A stretch of 64,000 bases of DNA from Octopus vulgaris (lineage: Eukaryota): assembly GCA_951406725.2 (NCBI GenBank), contig OX597823.1, positions 94,922,001-94,986,000 of the forward strand. The letters run 5' to 3'. Shown piece after piece: positions 50,860 to 64,000 of this stretch. Each line of letters begins with the position of its first letter. The first letter of the stretch is position 1. Both the position numbers and the translations under genes were made by a program. The notes under the pieces are model-generated. The model saw only the letters and a program-made list of their open reading frames with translations, ran no database searches and was not told where the DNA came from.

Positions 50860-52953
50860 ACTCGAAAAGAAAATTTCTAACAGTACACCGAATCGCTTGT
50901 TTATACTGGAAGCGCGCCCGTTAGGAGGCTGCCGGCCTGATGGCGAAAAATTTTCAAATGGCTGAATATCTGGAACGGGATTTGTCCCAAATTAAGAGCC
51001 CAGAGTTCACCACCACAACGACCAGAAAATCAAAAAGTAAAAGAACTAAATGGAACCGGGAAGAATATAAAGTTGTAATATATGCTTATTACTTTTCATT
51101 AAGTAGGCCAACCCAAGAGAAACACACCGCAAACTCCTACAGAATTTGGAGGAGCCGGAATCCAGCTAGCAGACCAAACCTGGATGAAAACAGATTAGCA
51201 AATGTTAGAAGAGATATCTTCAGAAATACCAGACTCACAGATGCAGAATTAACTTCTATTAAAAAAGTGGAAGAGAATGACCTAAAAGTAAGTCAGGAAA
51301 GAAATAACGAAGCTGAGGAGAGGAATGTTGGGGCACAAGCATTGACTGAAAGGCGACCATCTGCCGAAACGACTCAAGATCCTGAAGAAAAAGGAAAATA
51401 TAATGACCCTAGAAAAAACAGCCAGGAAAATGATGTCGAAACAGAAATTGAAGACCAGATATTTGCTGAACAACACAGAAAATCTATCATTGAAATGAAG
51501 CAAGATGTTCTGAATGAGCTTGCAGTTGTAGGCCATACAACTATGAATGATAGGGAACCACTCCATAAACTCTCAAATGCACACCAACATAAAACACAAA
51601 TAAAAATTGGCAACTGCGTTACACAAGAAATCATACACCAACTAAAACCCGATCTTAATAAATCAAATGAAATTATTTACTCTGTCGCTAAGGTAATCGA
51701 AAGACGCTGTTTAACACCCAAAAAGCCAACAATACCAAATTCGAAAAGAAAATCAAACTGGAGGAGTAGAATTGAAACTGAAATTGAATCATTGCGAAGA
51801 GAGATATCAATATTAACTGAGCTAATCTCTGGAAATGATGTAAGATCAAGAAAAGGCAGGAAGATTGTGAGAAAATATGGACACTCAACAAGAGAAGAAC
51901 TAATGTCAGCGAAAGAAACACTTAAACAAAAAGTTCAAGCAAAAGCTCAGAGAATACGCAGATTTGAGAAAAGAATCAAATTCTACAAACAAAATAAGAT
52001 GTTCGAATCCAATGCCAAATTTAGCTAGCAGATGGGAACAAAAACCTCTGCATAGCAAGTATGTGGCCCGTAGCAAACAAGCTGGTGTCGACCGGAAACA
52101 TACGCACCAATGGCTACGAATCTCAGGGCTAAAATCAGAGAGTGAAGGTGTTATATTAGCTGCTCAAGGCTAAAACTTTATAACACGGAACTACCAAGCC
52201 AATGTGATAAAAATGGAGCTGACCCAAAATGCCGATTCTGTAACGATGAGATTGAAACAATAGACCACCTAATCTCAGGGTGTAGAGTCTTAGCACCTGT
52301 AGAATATAAAGCAAGACATGACAGAGTCGGCCAATATTTTCACTGGACAATATGTCGGCATTATAAAATCAAAACCGCTGACAAATGATATAAACACCAT
52401 CCTGAAGCTGTGACTGAGGGAGAAATGTGTCGATTCTATGGGACTTCCCCGTACAAACCGACAAAACTATAAAAGCTAATAAACCGGATATTATTATAAA
52501 AAATCAGACAAAAAGGTGTGTTTATTAATTGACATGAGTATTCCTTGTGATCACAATATAGCGGCGAAAGAATTTGACAAGATCAGTAAATATAAAGACC
52601 TGCTAATAGAAATTGAAAAAATGTGGTATCTCATGGCGACTACCGTACCAGTGATTGTAGGATCTCTAGGAATGATAAAAAAGATACTGAAACCTATTTG
52701 AAAATCATTCCAGGCTCACCATCCCTACAGGAAGTGCAAAAAATTGTGTTAACTGGAACAGCTCATGTACTGAGAAGAGCATTATCGCTGTGAAAACAAC
52801 ATCCATTCATGAATTTATTTATTAATTTTTTAAATACATATTTTACCTGTGAATTTGCGTTTGTAATATGGGAATGCATACAATGAGCTTCTCTGCCCAA
52901 GGTGTACGGAAAACACTCGGCGAGAAACGGAAGAAAATTTGAAGAAAGAATGC
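50860..52953 (+). mobile_element. R4/Dong-like LINE with internal deletion of the RT domain
   Basis: ORF 50940..52028 N-terminal region (KWNREEY..YAYY..IWR..NP..LAN.RR.I) fused to WEQKPLH, CRFC..ETIDHLISGC, NKPDII, IDMSIP..KISKYKDL; (AAT)n on both sides. Confidence 0.85.
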
Positions 52954-53092
<139 letters not shown>

Positions 53093-53153
53093 TTGATGAT
53101 GATGATAATAACAAAAAGAACAAGAACAAGAACAATAATAATGATTCGTTTAC

Positions 53154-53380
53154 CTTTAGTGCCATAGAGAACGGGAAATATTCCAGCGATACAAGTGACT
53201 CCAGCCAAAACCATCTGGCTAGTATGCAATTTTTTTCTTCCAACACGATTTAACAGAAGGATGCACAGAGTATAGGCCGGAAACTCGACAATCGAAATCA
53301 AAAAGAAATTCATATAGAGATTGCCATACAATTTGCCAACATTAAGAGCAATGCCGAAATATACCATACTCACAATCGCC
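53154..53380 (-). CDS. SLC22-like transporter exon (TM7-9)
   Basis: AIVSMVYFGIALNVGKLYGNLYMNFFLISIVEFPAYTLCILLLNRVGRKK; 227 bp; TAG/GTAAA ends. Confidence 0.92.
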
Positions 53381-54095
53381 CTATAGAAAAGAAATGAAAC
53401 ATTTTATATAACGTACAAAAATGCACAAAAATTGCTGACCAATCCCTGGTTAGATGGCTACGTAATTTCTTAGAGAGAATTATAATAATTTAACATTGAG
53501 ACCAAGTAAAGTTATACAACTAACTGTCTAATATAGACAATTAAGACAACTCAACAGCTGAGACAGAGTTAGCCAACGAGAGCCAGTTAACGAAAGTAAC
53601 TTTAGTTCGTTGGATAAATGGTGAGTAGATGGTTTGTATGTGTATGTGGCCTTTTTTAGCTTATGTGTGCATGAAGTGTTTATGAAGTAGAAAATATTCA
53701 CTGATTTGTCTGTAGTTTCTGACACTTGTTAGCCTTCGGTAATTCTTAGTGATATGGTTTTCTAAATTTGATGAAGGGCCCTGCCTAAATTCTCATATCC
53801 TTCCTTTTTTTCACAGAAAATACATAAAAAGGTTTGTCAGTTCGCCTCATGGTCCCAGCAGATAAAATTGAAAAGGTGTTGCCCCAGATGCACTGGAACA
53901 GCCACTCTGACCCACAAGGGCTCACACTTGCGGATAGCTGTATCCACCCTGATAGTGGTGAGCAGGGACGTGGTTGAGGGCCTGAGAATGCTAGGCAGTC
54001 TCCACTGACGCAGGCTTGACCACAAACCTGTCAGAGAATGGCTAATACTTTAAAAACCTACATTTAGGGACATCAGACAGCTTGATCAGCTTTAA

Positions 54096-54304
54096 CCCTT
54101 TCGTTACCATGGTTTTGTTAAAAAATGTTAGTTTGTTTCAATTAATTTTGAAAATAAAGAAGACTTTAATAAAATGAGTTGCCCATAATTAAGACTGGAA
54201 CACAAATAAACATGAAATTTTAATGGAAAATTTCAAATGAGATCAAACAGGAAGTCTGTATGATACAACAAGGGACATTCTCATGTGGCTTGATATCAAA
54301 AGGG
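54096..54304. mobile_element. piggyBac-type MITE (degenerate)
   Basis: TTAA|CCCTTT ... AAAGGG|TCAA termini. Confidence 0.5.
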
Positions 54305-54630
54305 TCAACTAAGTTTTTACTTCTCATTTTATCCTTCTTTGCTTTGCTCTAAAAAGAATTCTTTTATTTCATCTTCATGTAAGCATCCTCGCACACTTAG
54401 TATCTTTGATATTCTCTCAAGTTTGACTCCACATGAATTTCTTGCAAGAAAACTTCCACAAATATCTGCATCATTCTGATCAGTATAGGTGCATGCATGC
54501 CTGTGTGGTAAGAAGCTTGCTCCCCAACCACATGGCTCCAAGTTCAGTCCTAGTGCGCGGTACCTAATCATGGGCTGACCAAAGCCATGTGAGTGGATTT
54601 GATAGATAGAAATTGAAAGAAGCCCATCAT

Positions 54631-54668
<38 letters not shown>

Positions 54669-54929
54669 CTATATGTGGGTCTTTGTCTATGTGTTTGTTC
54701 CCCTACCACTATCTGATAACCTCTGTTGGTTTGTTTATGTCCCTATAACTTAATGGTTTAGAAGAAACTAATGAAATCAGCACCAGGATTTAAAAAGTCA
54801 GAGGTCAATTAATTCAAGTATATGATTTTTCAAGGCGGTGCCCCAGCATGACCGCAATCAAATGATTGAAACGAGTAAATGATAAAAGATAAAGAATACA
54901 CAGAAAATGGTAAATGTAATATCACTCAC

Positions 54930-55142
54930 CAGTTTAGCATCAAAATTAGGGTCCGTTTTAGAAGCTGAGGAATGGTAAACATTTTCCAGATTTCTACTTT
55001 TTTCTTGTTCGATGAGAAAATGTTGACGATTTCTGTTGGAGGCAAAACTGTTTTATTCAGTTTGGCGATGTTGCTAAGAATTATGTTGGCATCTTTTGTT
55101 CTCTTTTTATTGAGGAGCCATCGGGGAGACTCGTCTAGGAAA
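54930..55142 (-). CDS. SLC22-like transporter exon (central loop)
   Basis: FLDESPRWLL..IAKLN..MFTIPQLLKRTLILMLNW; ESPRWL signature; AAG/GTGAG ends. Confidence 0.92.
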
Positions 55143-55304
55143 CTTGCAAATAGAAAACGGAAAATACAACCACATACACACATATATATGAACACACACT
55201 CTGATACATACATGCATACATACATACATACGTACGTACATACATACATACATACATACATACATACATACATACATACATACATACATACATACATACA
55301 TACA

Positions 55305-55560
55305 TTATTACGGCTGCCCCCTCGTTATCAAGTATGGCCATTGCATGAAGCTTAACAGTTATTGGTGCTGTGATCGAATGTGACTTTTTAGCCCAGGTAA
55401 AGATCTACAATGTCTAGTACAGAATTGGCAACAAAAACCTCTATCGGTAATAGCCGGCTGTAGTTGTAACTGGGCTTCATGTACCTTTGCATGTCGTTTA
55501 AGTCCTCCTGCCGAATTACACTCTTTTCCACATGCCTGACAGATATGATTAGTATGGTGT
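55305..55560 (-). mobile_element. RTE/BovB-like LINE 3' end with two C2H2 fingers
   Basis: CQACGKECNSAGGLKRHAKVH and CQFCTRHCRSLPGLKSHIRSQH, then a short 3' UTR and TAATAATG tail. Confidence 0.65.
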
Positions 55561-56640
55561 GTTACACATACATACATACATACATACATACATACATACA
55601 TACATACATACGCACATGCATACATACATACATACATACATACATACATACATACATACATACATACATACGAACATACAAACGGACAGAGATTGGTAGA
55701 TTGATAGATTGGTAGATAGATAGGCATTTGTTCATGATGCCATATAGTGAGACTGAACCCAGAACCATGTGGTTGGGAAGCAAACGTCTTACCATACAGC
55801 CACGCCTGTATCTTTGATGTTAATAAAGATGTTTAAAAGTCAGGTGAAGCCTGTATTTAAAGCTTCTTAAGTTACTCGTCTCTAAACATAGAATGCTTTC
55901 GCCCCAAAAGAAGAACTAATCTACGTAATTGGATTCAAACGAAGGTACAGGGGTTAGATCAGAGTTTTCATCCCCCTAGAGAGATATCTAAACAAAGACT
56001 AAGGGTTCCTCGCCCTCAGCTGTCCTTTGACGGGTTTTGCTTCTCATCCTGGAGGGTGTCCAATATAAACACACCCCACTCCCACCCTCATTCCCAAACG
56101 AACTTGTTAGGGTTGCAAGTTTAGTTGCCATCTATGTAACGGGTTGTATATACATATACACATACGTGCACACTAACACATACATACACGTACACATACG
56201 CACATATCTATTCATCTACCCATATATACATCCAAAGATATATATATGCACCCATATATTCTTAAGTACGTCCGTATATATAAATCCATGCACCCATAGA
56301 TTCATTTACTCATACGTGCATACATACATTGATACATACACGCAGCCATATATATACATTCTATCATACATACATACATCAATACGCACTTATATACATA
56401 CACATATCCAGCCATACATATACAGAGATATCCATACATTCGTACATACATAAATCCATTGATCATACACCCACATATCCACACACTTCCATTCACTTAC
56501 CCATACATCCATAATTCATATACTCATATTACATACATGCATGTATTGATATATACACCCAGCTATATTTACATCTGTGTAACCGTACAGGTATAAATGC
56601 ACTCATCCATCCTTCCACCCATACACCCATGCATACCTAC

Positions 56641-56812
56641 CAGACATAGGCGACACCGAACACCAGTGACGGGGTTGATATTATGATCATCAAAGTCCTC
56701 CAGGTCCTCACAAAGTAAGTCAGAAGAGAAAGGATCATGAGTCCGACGGTAAATACCATTTGGATGGCAATGGAAGATTTCATTCTACTGTCCGCCGAAG
56801 ACACTTCAGAAG
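56641..56812 (-). CDS. SLC22-like transporter exon (TM5-6)
   Basis: SEVSSADSRMKSSIAIQMVFTVGLMILSLLTYFVRTWRTL; 172 bp; phases consistent. Confidence 0.9.
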
Positions 56813-56987
56813 CTAGAATTTGAAACAATGATGATGAGGAAAAACGATGACAACAATTACGAAGATGATGATATAAAGAGGGAATTTATAATACATACAC
56901 ACACACGCGAGCGCGTGCGTATGCATACACACACACACACACACATGTACATACATACATATATATACATGTACAAAATTTAAAGGA

Positions 56988-57055
<68 letters not shown>

Positions 57056-57098
57056 TATGTCTGTAAATATAATATGTGAGAATTATTCGATAGCCATG

Positions 57099-57157
57099 AT
57101 AAAACTCCGAGTTTCGAATGTCGGGGCGGAAACCCACCCCGGCATCTCTTCAGTTAT
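57099..57157 (-). ncRNA. Type I hammerhead ribozyme motif
   Basis: ATAA CTGAAGA GATGCCGGGGTGG GTTT CCGCCCCGACATTC GAA ACTCGGAGT T TTAT; GUU site. Confidence 0.7.
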
Positions 57158-57283
57158 TGGTCCATCAAAGAAATGGAGTTTTCTACTAGCTACCGAATAA
57201 ATGCCACATATAATATTTACAGATAAATTCTTCTATTTACATAATATCGAAGTCTCATTCTTTTGTTGTCTTACCATTTTTAT

Positions 57284-57353
<70 letters not shown>

Positions 57354-57463
57354 TATACACATATATATATGTATATATATATGTGTATATATATATATAT
57401 ACATATATATATGTATATATATGTATGTATATATATATATACACATATATATGTATATATATG

Positions 57464-57549
<86 letters not shown>

Positions 57550-57745
57550 AATAGATGAGTGTATTTTTACCTTGTTAACAATTAACACGGATAAATAAAT
57601 AAATAGTTACCAGGGCAGCAAAAATCTCACTAGTAAAGATATTGTAACTCCTTGTTTATAAAGGTTGAAACTTCGTGTTTACGTTGAATATTTTGAATAA
57701 TATGAATAAAAAATGGAGTTAACGCAGGTTTAAACAAGTATTTTT

Positions 57746-57831
57746 ACTTTCGACACATGTTTCGAAAATTCCACTGATACTATTCAAAAGAATAAATGGT
57801 ATAAACAATGCAATCTTCTCTTCGGGAAAGT
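57746..57831 (-). ncRNA. Hammerhead motif in the Penelope 3' terminus, U4C variant
   Basis: ACTTTC CCGAAGA GAAGATT..AATTTTC GAA ACATGTGT C GAAAGT; GUC site. Confidence 0.7.
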
Positions 57832-58032
57832 GAAAAAAACGAAACTCGTCAATACGACATTTTAGCAAAAAATGATGGATTTGTATAGCGATAGACAGAA
57901 TGCTATTAATATTGTTTAAAAAAACGTTATATGATATAACGTCATAAGTAGCTAACAGAAAGAGTAGGGATATTAATAGTGAATGTTAAATATAAAGGAA
58001 ATTAAAGTTTAAATTATATATAATGATAGAGA

Positions 58033-59112
58033 CTACTTATATGCACTAAATGTATGTTTCTGCCAATGCTTACATCTGTATGCTCGTTCTATAACCGTGT
58101 TTACTAGAGTATTTTTAGAAAAAATAATGAAAAATAGCTCAGAATTGCAGAGAAGACAGAATTTCTTGCCTTTGTCATATGGTATCGAAATTGAGAGGAT
58201 CAACCATTCTAAATGAAATTGTTCATTGTGGTCTTTTAAATCCCAAATCAGTTTGCTGAGACCGGTACTATTCCGTTTATTTCTATCCCTAAATGTTGAG
58301 TAATGGATAGAAATTCTTTTAGATAACTCTAACGATGTGCTTCCAATGTAAAATCGTACTTTATTACGAGTACTGATTATACACTGGTATATAGAATTTT
58401 TAATCTTAGAGTTACTTGACATAAATTTAATTCTATTGGAATTGACTTCAGATACAATAACCTTGTTATTAATATTTCTAGAGGGTTGGATGGTATTAGC
58501 TAAATTAATGTTAGTATTAGTAAATGTATTAATATTTAACAGTTTGTTATTATGAGAAGATATAATTTGCAAGAGATTTTTTGTGTTTGAAAAACCTATC
58601 CTAACCTTATGTGAATTAATTATAGAGTAATATCTAGAATTGTTTGGAATATTCCTAGCAATAGCTTGACGAAACAGCAGTGGGAGATTAGATTTAATTT
58701 GTCTCCCATAAGGAATTATTAACCAAATATTTTTACTAGTGTTCATAGCGTAATTACTTTTGAAGGTGTTATATTTACTTTTAGATCGATAATAGGGGAT
58801 TAAATAAGGGTTATCTGCCTTCATTCGCTTTGTATCGGTGCGTAAGTTATGTTTGTTATCAATAATTCTTTTACGACTAGAAATCTTATCTACATTATTG
58901 AATTTACAATTAGACTGAGCAGAATCAATGTAGAAAATTTTTTCTGTATAACCTGCTTTGATTAAGGCAGAGTTATAGAATTCAGCGTTATTATTGAAAA
59001 TATCAACATTAGCAGATAATTTAGATAATCTAAATGAAATATTCTTAACTAAATTCTTAGTAATTGCTCCAGGATGATTACTAAATTTGCTAATGTACTT
59101 AAGATTGGTCAA
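58033..59112 (-). CDS. Penelope ORF C-terminal part (RT thumb + GIY-YIG endonuclease)
   Basis: SNHPGAITKNLVKNISFRLSKLS; SIYQC..FYIGSTS..KRISIHYSTF..STGLSKLIWDLK..CLLCNSE. Confidence 0.85.
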   Translation of the reverse strand: MTNLKYISKFSNHPGAITKNLVKNISFRLSKLSANVDIFNNNAEFYNSALIKAGYTEKIFYIDSAQSNCKFNNVDKISSRKRIIDNKHNLRTDTKRMKADNPYLIPYYRSKSKYNTFKSNYAMNTSKNIWLIIPYGRQIKSNLPLLFRQAIARNIPNNSRYYSIINSHKVRIGFSNTKNLLQIISSHNNKLLNINTFTNTNINLANTIQPSRNINNKVIVSEVNSNRIKFMSSNSKIKNSIYQCIISTRNKVRFYIGSTSLELSKRISIHYSTFRDRNKRNSTGLSKLIWDLKDHNEQFHLEWLILSISIPYDKGKKFCLLCNSELFFIIFSKNTLVNTVIERAYRCKHWQKHTFSAYK

Positions 59113-59124
59113 CGGTTTATTTAG

Positions 59125-59960
59125 CTCATGCCCCGCCTCCCAGACATATCCCTTTCAACCTCTCAAGAAGGATTTGCCCCATATTGTCCGAAAAAATACC
59201 TGAGAACTGAGACTGCAAAGCTTAAAAACGTACTCACTGACGGACACTACTCAGTTCAACTCATAGATGATGGGATTAAAAGTGCAAAATCGATTGACAT
59301 AAAAGCATTAAGAAAAGTCGAACACAATAACACGCCTACTCTAAAATTACTTCCTTATGTATCAACATAAAACACTAGAAGCCACGAAGCATTTAACATT
59401 ATTGGCTAAAATCTCCCAATACTCCATAAAGATCCCAAACTGAAAGAAATTCTGCGTACGCATAAGATCATTAAAAGCAATAAACAACCAAAGACATTAA
59501 ACAAGATCCTCACAAATGCTAAATTACTCTGAAGAATAACGGACGCAAGAGTATAAAAAATGTGGTCGACCTAACTGCGGAACATGTCCCAATCTTTTGG
59601 AAGGAGCAGAATTCCATTTTAAACAATGGCAAAAATTCAAAATTAAGTCCAATTTTACTCGCGCCTCTGAAAACTTCATTTATGTTGTCAGATGCTCGGG
59701 CTATCATAAAAACTACATAGGTTCCACAGGAATGTCCCTTAGACGTAGATGTACAGTTCACAGACAACACAACTCTTCCCCGCAATGTCGCAAGATAATC
59801 TCAATGTACACATTGACAGATGTGTGGAATAGCTGCGATCACAATTCCTAATCTTCCCTTTATATCAATGTATTATTTTGACCTCAACACAAGCGCGACT
59901 AAATAATGAGGCCCCATGTACCGAAAAATATAAGCCAGAACTTAAAATAAATGCATATTG
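59125..59960 (+). mobile_element. Second, decayed Penelope-like element (Cys linker + GIY-YIG)
   Basis: KKCGRPNCGTCP; NFIYVVRCSG..KNYIGSTG.SLRRRCTVHRQH; stops and frameshifts. Confidence 0.8.
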
Positions 59961-60300
59961 AAAAATTACAGATTTATCTCCTCTTTACTGAAAAAATACC
60001 ATGTTTACCAATTATCCCCTCCTAACAAACAAAATTTCTCATTTCGAATCGCATCTAACAATCAAAATTTGAAAAGCTTCAGCGAAACCAGTCATTTTGT
60101 GATAGGAAAATAATCTTATTTTGTATAACATTGTATAATAATTTTGCCATGACAATTTAAATATATCCTTTAGTCTCGTTAAACAAATCTGTTTTTCATC
60201 TGATTTCTTTCCTTGTATATATATGTATATATACCGTTTAATAATCTGAATGGAGGCAATGCAAGCGTAAATTAGAGGAATATAATTAATAACCACACAC

Positions 60301-60358
<58 letters not shown>

Positions 60359-61556
60359 TACATTTATAAAACTGATATAATAATTCCAAATATATAAATA
60401 TAAAAATGCAAAGAAATAGATAAATATCGATATGATACATAAAACACTGTGAATTTTAGATGTAAAAGTTACAATATATTGGTGTAATAAAAATTTGAGA
60501 TGATAAAACATTAAAAGGACGTACTAAAATATCACGGAAATATTACAAAAATTCAAAAAATTCCAAGTAATATGATATATCTCATATTTTTAAAACTGAA
60601 GTGGTTAATTAATTAAGTCTAGCCCTCAAGAAAATAAACAAAAATTACTATTGGATACTATTATTTACATTTAACTTACTATTTGAGTGTGGGGAGTGAT
60701 AGTTGTGCGTTCGTAGGACGGATGGGTGAGTAAAAAGGAAAGAAAGGATGGATTGTTCCCATAATGCATTTATTCCCTGTCCTACTGTCAGTAATATGCT
60801 AATAACGTAATAGTTTAAAAGAAACAGTATGAGTATAAATACTTCCACAGAACCTTGCAGTGTAAATTGAAACGGTAGATGGAAAATACATCTCTTTTGC
60901 ACTCTAACTTTTACATTTTAAATTAAGCTTATTATATTAATTCTAATTATATTAATTTATAAGTTAATTCCTTCATATATATTTTTTTCATTTTTAAATA
61001 TTTTTCTCTTTATATTTTTCCATACATGTTTTCATATCGTTTCATATCTTCATTCGTATTTTCGCGTAACATTAAATTAATTCCTTCATATATATCTTTT
61101 TAATTTTTTCATTCTTATAATTTTATATTTTCTTCTCATTTGTATATATTTTTCATTTATATATATATTTTTTAGGCGTAATTCACATTAAATTCTTAAA
61201 TTAAGTATGGCTTAAACTGCAGGGTACAATGAATTTATTTACGCATCTATATATTTTGACATACCAGATATTTATTTATACATCTGTATAGTTTGATATA
61301 CCTGTAAGTTGAAATATATAATGATAGATAAAATTATAAATGGGGGATAGGTGGACCTGAAAATTGGGGTTGTATATAAGGGGAGGTTCTGTAAGAGACT
61401 GGGTGTCTCAAGAACATAGTATACAACCTCACAAAACACGTGTGGTCAACAACTTTGAACATGAATAGTAAATATTGAATACAATATTCTATGACATGGT
61501 TGAATTTATATTCTGATTTCATGAATTTATGGGGATTTCTGTCTATAATGATACTT

Positions 61557-61594
<38 letters not shown>

Positions 61595-61722
61595 TCATTT
61601 AACCTGTTACATTTTATTCTGTTTGGTCATGACCTATATGTATGTGTGGGTGGGTGTTTATATGTGTATATATTTTTTTGTGTGTGTGTATATATGCATG
61701 CCACCATGAATATATATGTATA

Positions 61723-62520
61723 CGAGGTGGTATCAAGACCTTCCCAGACTATTTATGCTTAATAAAAAATAACTTATCTAAGTTTTAAACACCATCTCTT
61801 TCGAAATAGCCACCTTACGCAACAATACACCCGTCCCAGTGTTCCTGCCAGTTTTGGTATCCAGACTGGAAGTCGTTTTCTGTAAGCATGTCGAGGACTT
61901 TCTGTCTTTCTCTCTTGATCTTGACAATGGTGTCGAAATGGCAACCTTTGAGTTGCATTTTCATCTTGTGGGAAGAAACGGAAGTGCGCAGGTGCAAGAT
62001 CTGGCGAATATAGCGGTTGTGGAAGCGATGCCATGTTGCTTTGGCGGGAAACTCACAGGTGAGGAGAGCTCGGTGACAGGGGGCACTGTCATCGTTAAGA
62101 ATTTTAATTCTTTGTTCTCCACAAATCCGATCGCTTTCGCCGAATGTCCTCCCTCAAACGCTTCAAAACCTCGTTCGTTGCCATCCGTCCATCCTCAGGC
62201 ACAAGCTGATCAATGCTCTAAACATTTCCGGTAGGTGGCGCTCGTAGCAGGTCTTCCTGAAGGTTCATCGTCTCACAGGGACGTTCTTCCGCTTTTGAAG
62301 CATCCGTGCCACTTGAAACTGCGAACAACTCATTGCCTCATCATCGTAAGATTCCTGAAGCATGCTCAATGTCACTGTAGCAGACTTGCCAAGTTTGACG
62401 AAAAATTTCACGTTGGTTCTTTGTTTCAACTTCCTGTCCTTGTCAAAAAGAGCAGACTACACCATATACGTGATCCCAAGAACACAAATTTTACAACTTG
62501 CGAATACAGGAATGTCACTT
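61723..62520 (-). mobile_element. Partial mariner transposon
   Basis: TA|CGAGGTGGTATCAA terminus; PQPLYSPDLAP.HF.FF; WQEHWDGCI. Confidence 0.8.
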
Positions 62521-62736
62521 GGCACACTGCCTCATGAAGACTGTTGCCTTTCCACTCAGAGCAACGAAACATTTCTTGCGTAATGAGATAAAACAAAGTT
62601 GTTGATATGATTAAAACATCTGAAAGAGCTCCTTCTAATCGATGAGAGCAAACAAAGAATAAAACACAGAACATAACTGAACTTGCATTCAAATTTAAAA
62701 GTGAATATTTATGGTGTTTTATTGTTGGTTGCTTAC

Positions 62737-62891
62737 CAAAGACAACTGAGGGAATGTAGGATCCAGCACCACCAACAGCAGTGAGAAAACGTAACACATA
62801 TATGGCATAAATGTTGGAGATGAAGGCCGTTGCTATTCCGGTTGACCCTTGCAGAAATAAACACACAATTATCACTTTTTTGCGACCAAAT
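62737..62891 (-). CDS. SLC22-like transporter exon (TM3-4)
   Basis: (R)FGRKKVIIVCLFLQGSTGIATAFISNIYAIYVLRFLTAVGGAG; 155 bp; CAG/GTAAG ends. Confidence 0.92.
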
Positions 62892-63800
62892 CTGAAAAAG
62901 ATTGAAGAGACAAACTTAAAATTCACCTGATTAAATACACACAAACACACACTGTCCTTCCTGCACCTATAGGCTGCATCAGTTCTTCCTTTACGCAGAA
63001 GAGTAACAGTCCATAAAGAACAGATAAATCTCCCACAACACCGTCAAATTCCATTCAGTAGCCACATAGACTCTTGCGTTAGAGATAAAAATCCCAAATT
63101 TCACATACTCCCTTTCTACCAATGTAAAGACAGAATCTCTACACAAGGAAGAATCAACAAGGAGAATCTTTTTATTGAAAAATTCCAAACGCGACTTAAT
63201 ATGCAAACTCCACGGTGACCATATTCCTTTTTCTAGCGTCCTATCTGACAAAAATTGATATAAGCATCCTGTTTGACAAAAAAATCAATCATCCCAATTA
63301 AAGAGCATAAAATCCACAGAATTGTCTCCCCTTACTCACAGGAACTGTATAACTCCTACCCCATTTCCTGTTTTGACACATTTTCACCCAACTCTTTAAA
63401 CTAAACACTACATTTAAGCACGTGCATCCTAATCCTCCAAAGAAGTTTTTCCAAGGACTATTATTGAACTCTAAAAGCATAAGACACTACAATGTATTGG
63501 TATACTTATTTATTAATTTTTGTATATATGTACTATTATTTTTTTGAAAAAACATTGTAAGTTTCTTTTTTTCCCTTCCTCAATTCTAAAAACATTCTTT
63601 TCCCCTTCCAAATCTTGAAAATTTGCCTTGCTATGAAAACTGGTTTGATTTATTATTTTTTTCTTTTTTAATTTTTCATACACCCATTTTTATTAAGATT
63701 TACTTTCAATTTTTCCTCTCCTATCATTTCTCTGCCTTATAATTTTTCTTCTCCTATCATTTCTCCACGTGTGGTTAAATACAACCCCACCATTTACTGA

Positions 63801-63896
<96 letters not shown>

Positions 63897-63988
63897 AACA
63901 TATGTATGAAATATGCAAAAATGTAAAATATAAAATATAATGCAAACGCTAAACACACCAGCGTGGAGATATGATACACAGAACTTAC

Positions 63989-64000
63989 CTGTCTGATGAA
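63989..64000 (-). CDS. SLC22-like transporter, 3' end of the upstream exon (cut by window edge)
   Basis: TCA GAC AG|GTAAG joins the next exon to give the MFS motif SDRFGRKK. Confidence 0.75.

Larger units (their letters stand above)
57590..59112 (-). mobile_element. 5'-truncated Penelope-like element with 3' terminal repeat region
   Basis: Open RT thumb + GIY-YIG frame followed by a hammerhead-bearing tail that ends at (TA)n. Confidence 0.85.

Noticed and set aside
55359-55727. Host C2H2 zinc-finger gene
   Set aside because: The two fingers match an RTE-type LINE C-terminus; the upstream frame is (TATG)n and no splice structure is evident
62960-63480. Possible additional exon or LINE fragment
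   Set aside because: Not needed for the SLC22 frame and too decayed to assign by eye

Overview
AT-rich eukaryotic DNA packed with microsatellites, SINEs, LINEs and DNA transposons; the repeat types look like a coleoid cephalopod (Octopus-like), which is inference from sequence style only. One host gene is supported: a minus-strand SLC22-family organic cation/ion transporter. Eight coding exons (42090-64000) join in frame with GT-AG boundaries, and its 5' end lies beyond the window. The remainder is mobile-element derived: a near-complete CR1-type LINE, a non-autonomous LTR element with tRNA-Trp PBS, R4/Dong, RTE, CRE and Penelope fragments, Tc1/mariner relics, piggyBac-type MITEs and several nested local duplications. 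The most notable hidden signal is about a dozen type I hammerhead-ribozyme motifs with palindromic or near-palindromic stem III. They sit in short modules, mostly next to (TA)n, that occur as long hairpins, a tandem repeat and a Penelope 3' terminus. They include core variants (G3-C8 swap, U4C, A6U) and two copies in sense orientation inside the SLC22 intron. All folds were read by eye and no activity is demonstrated.
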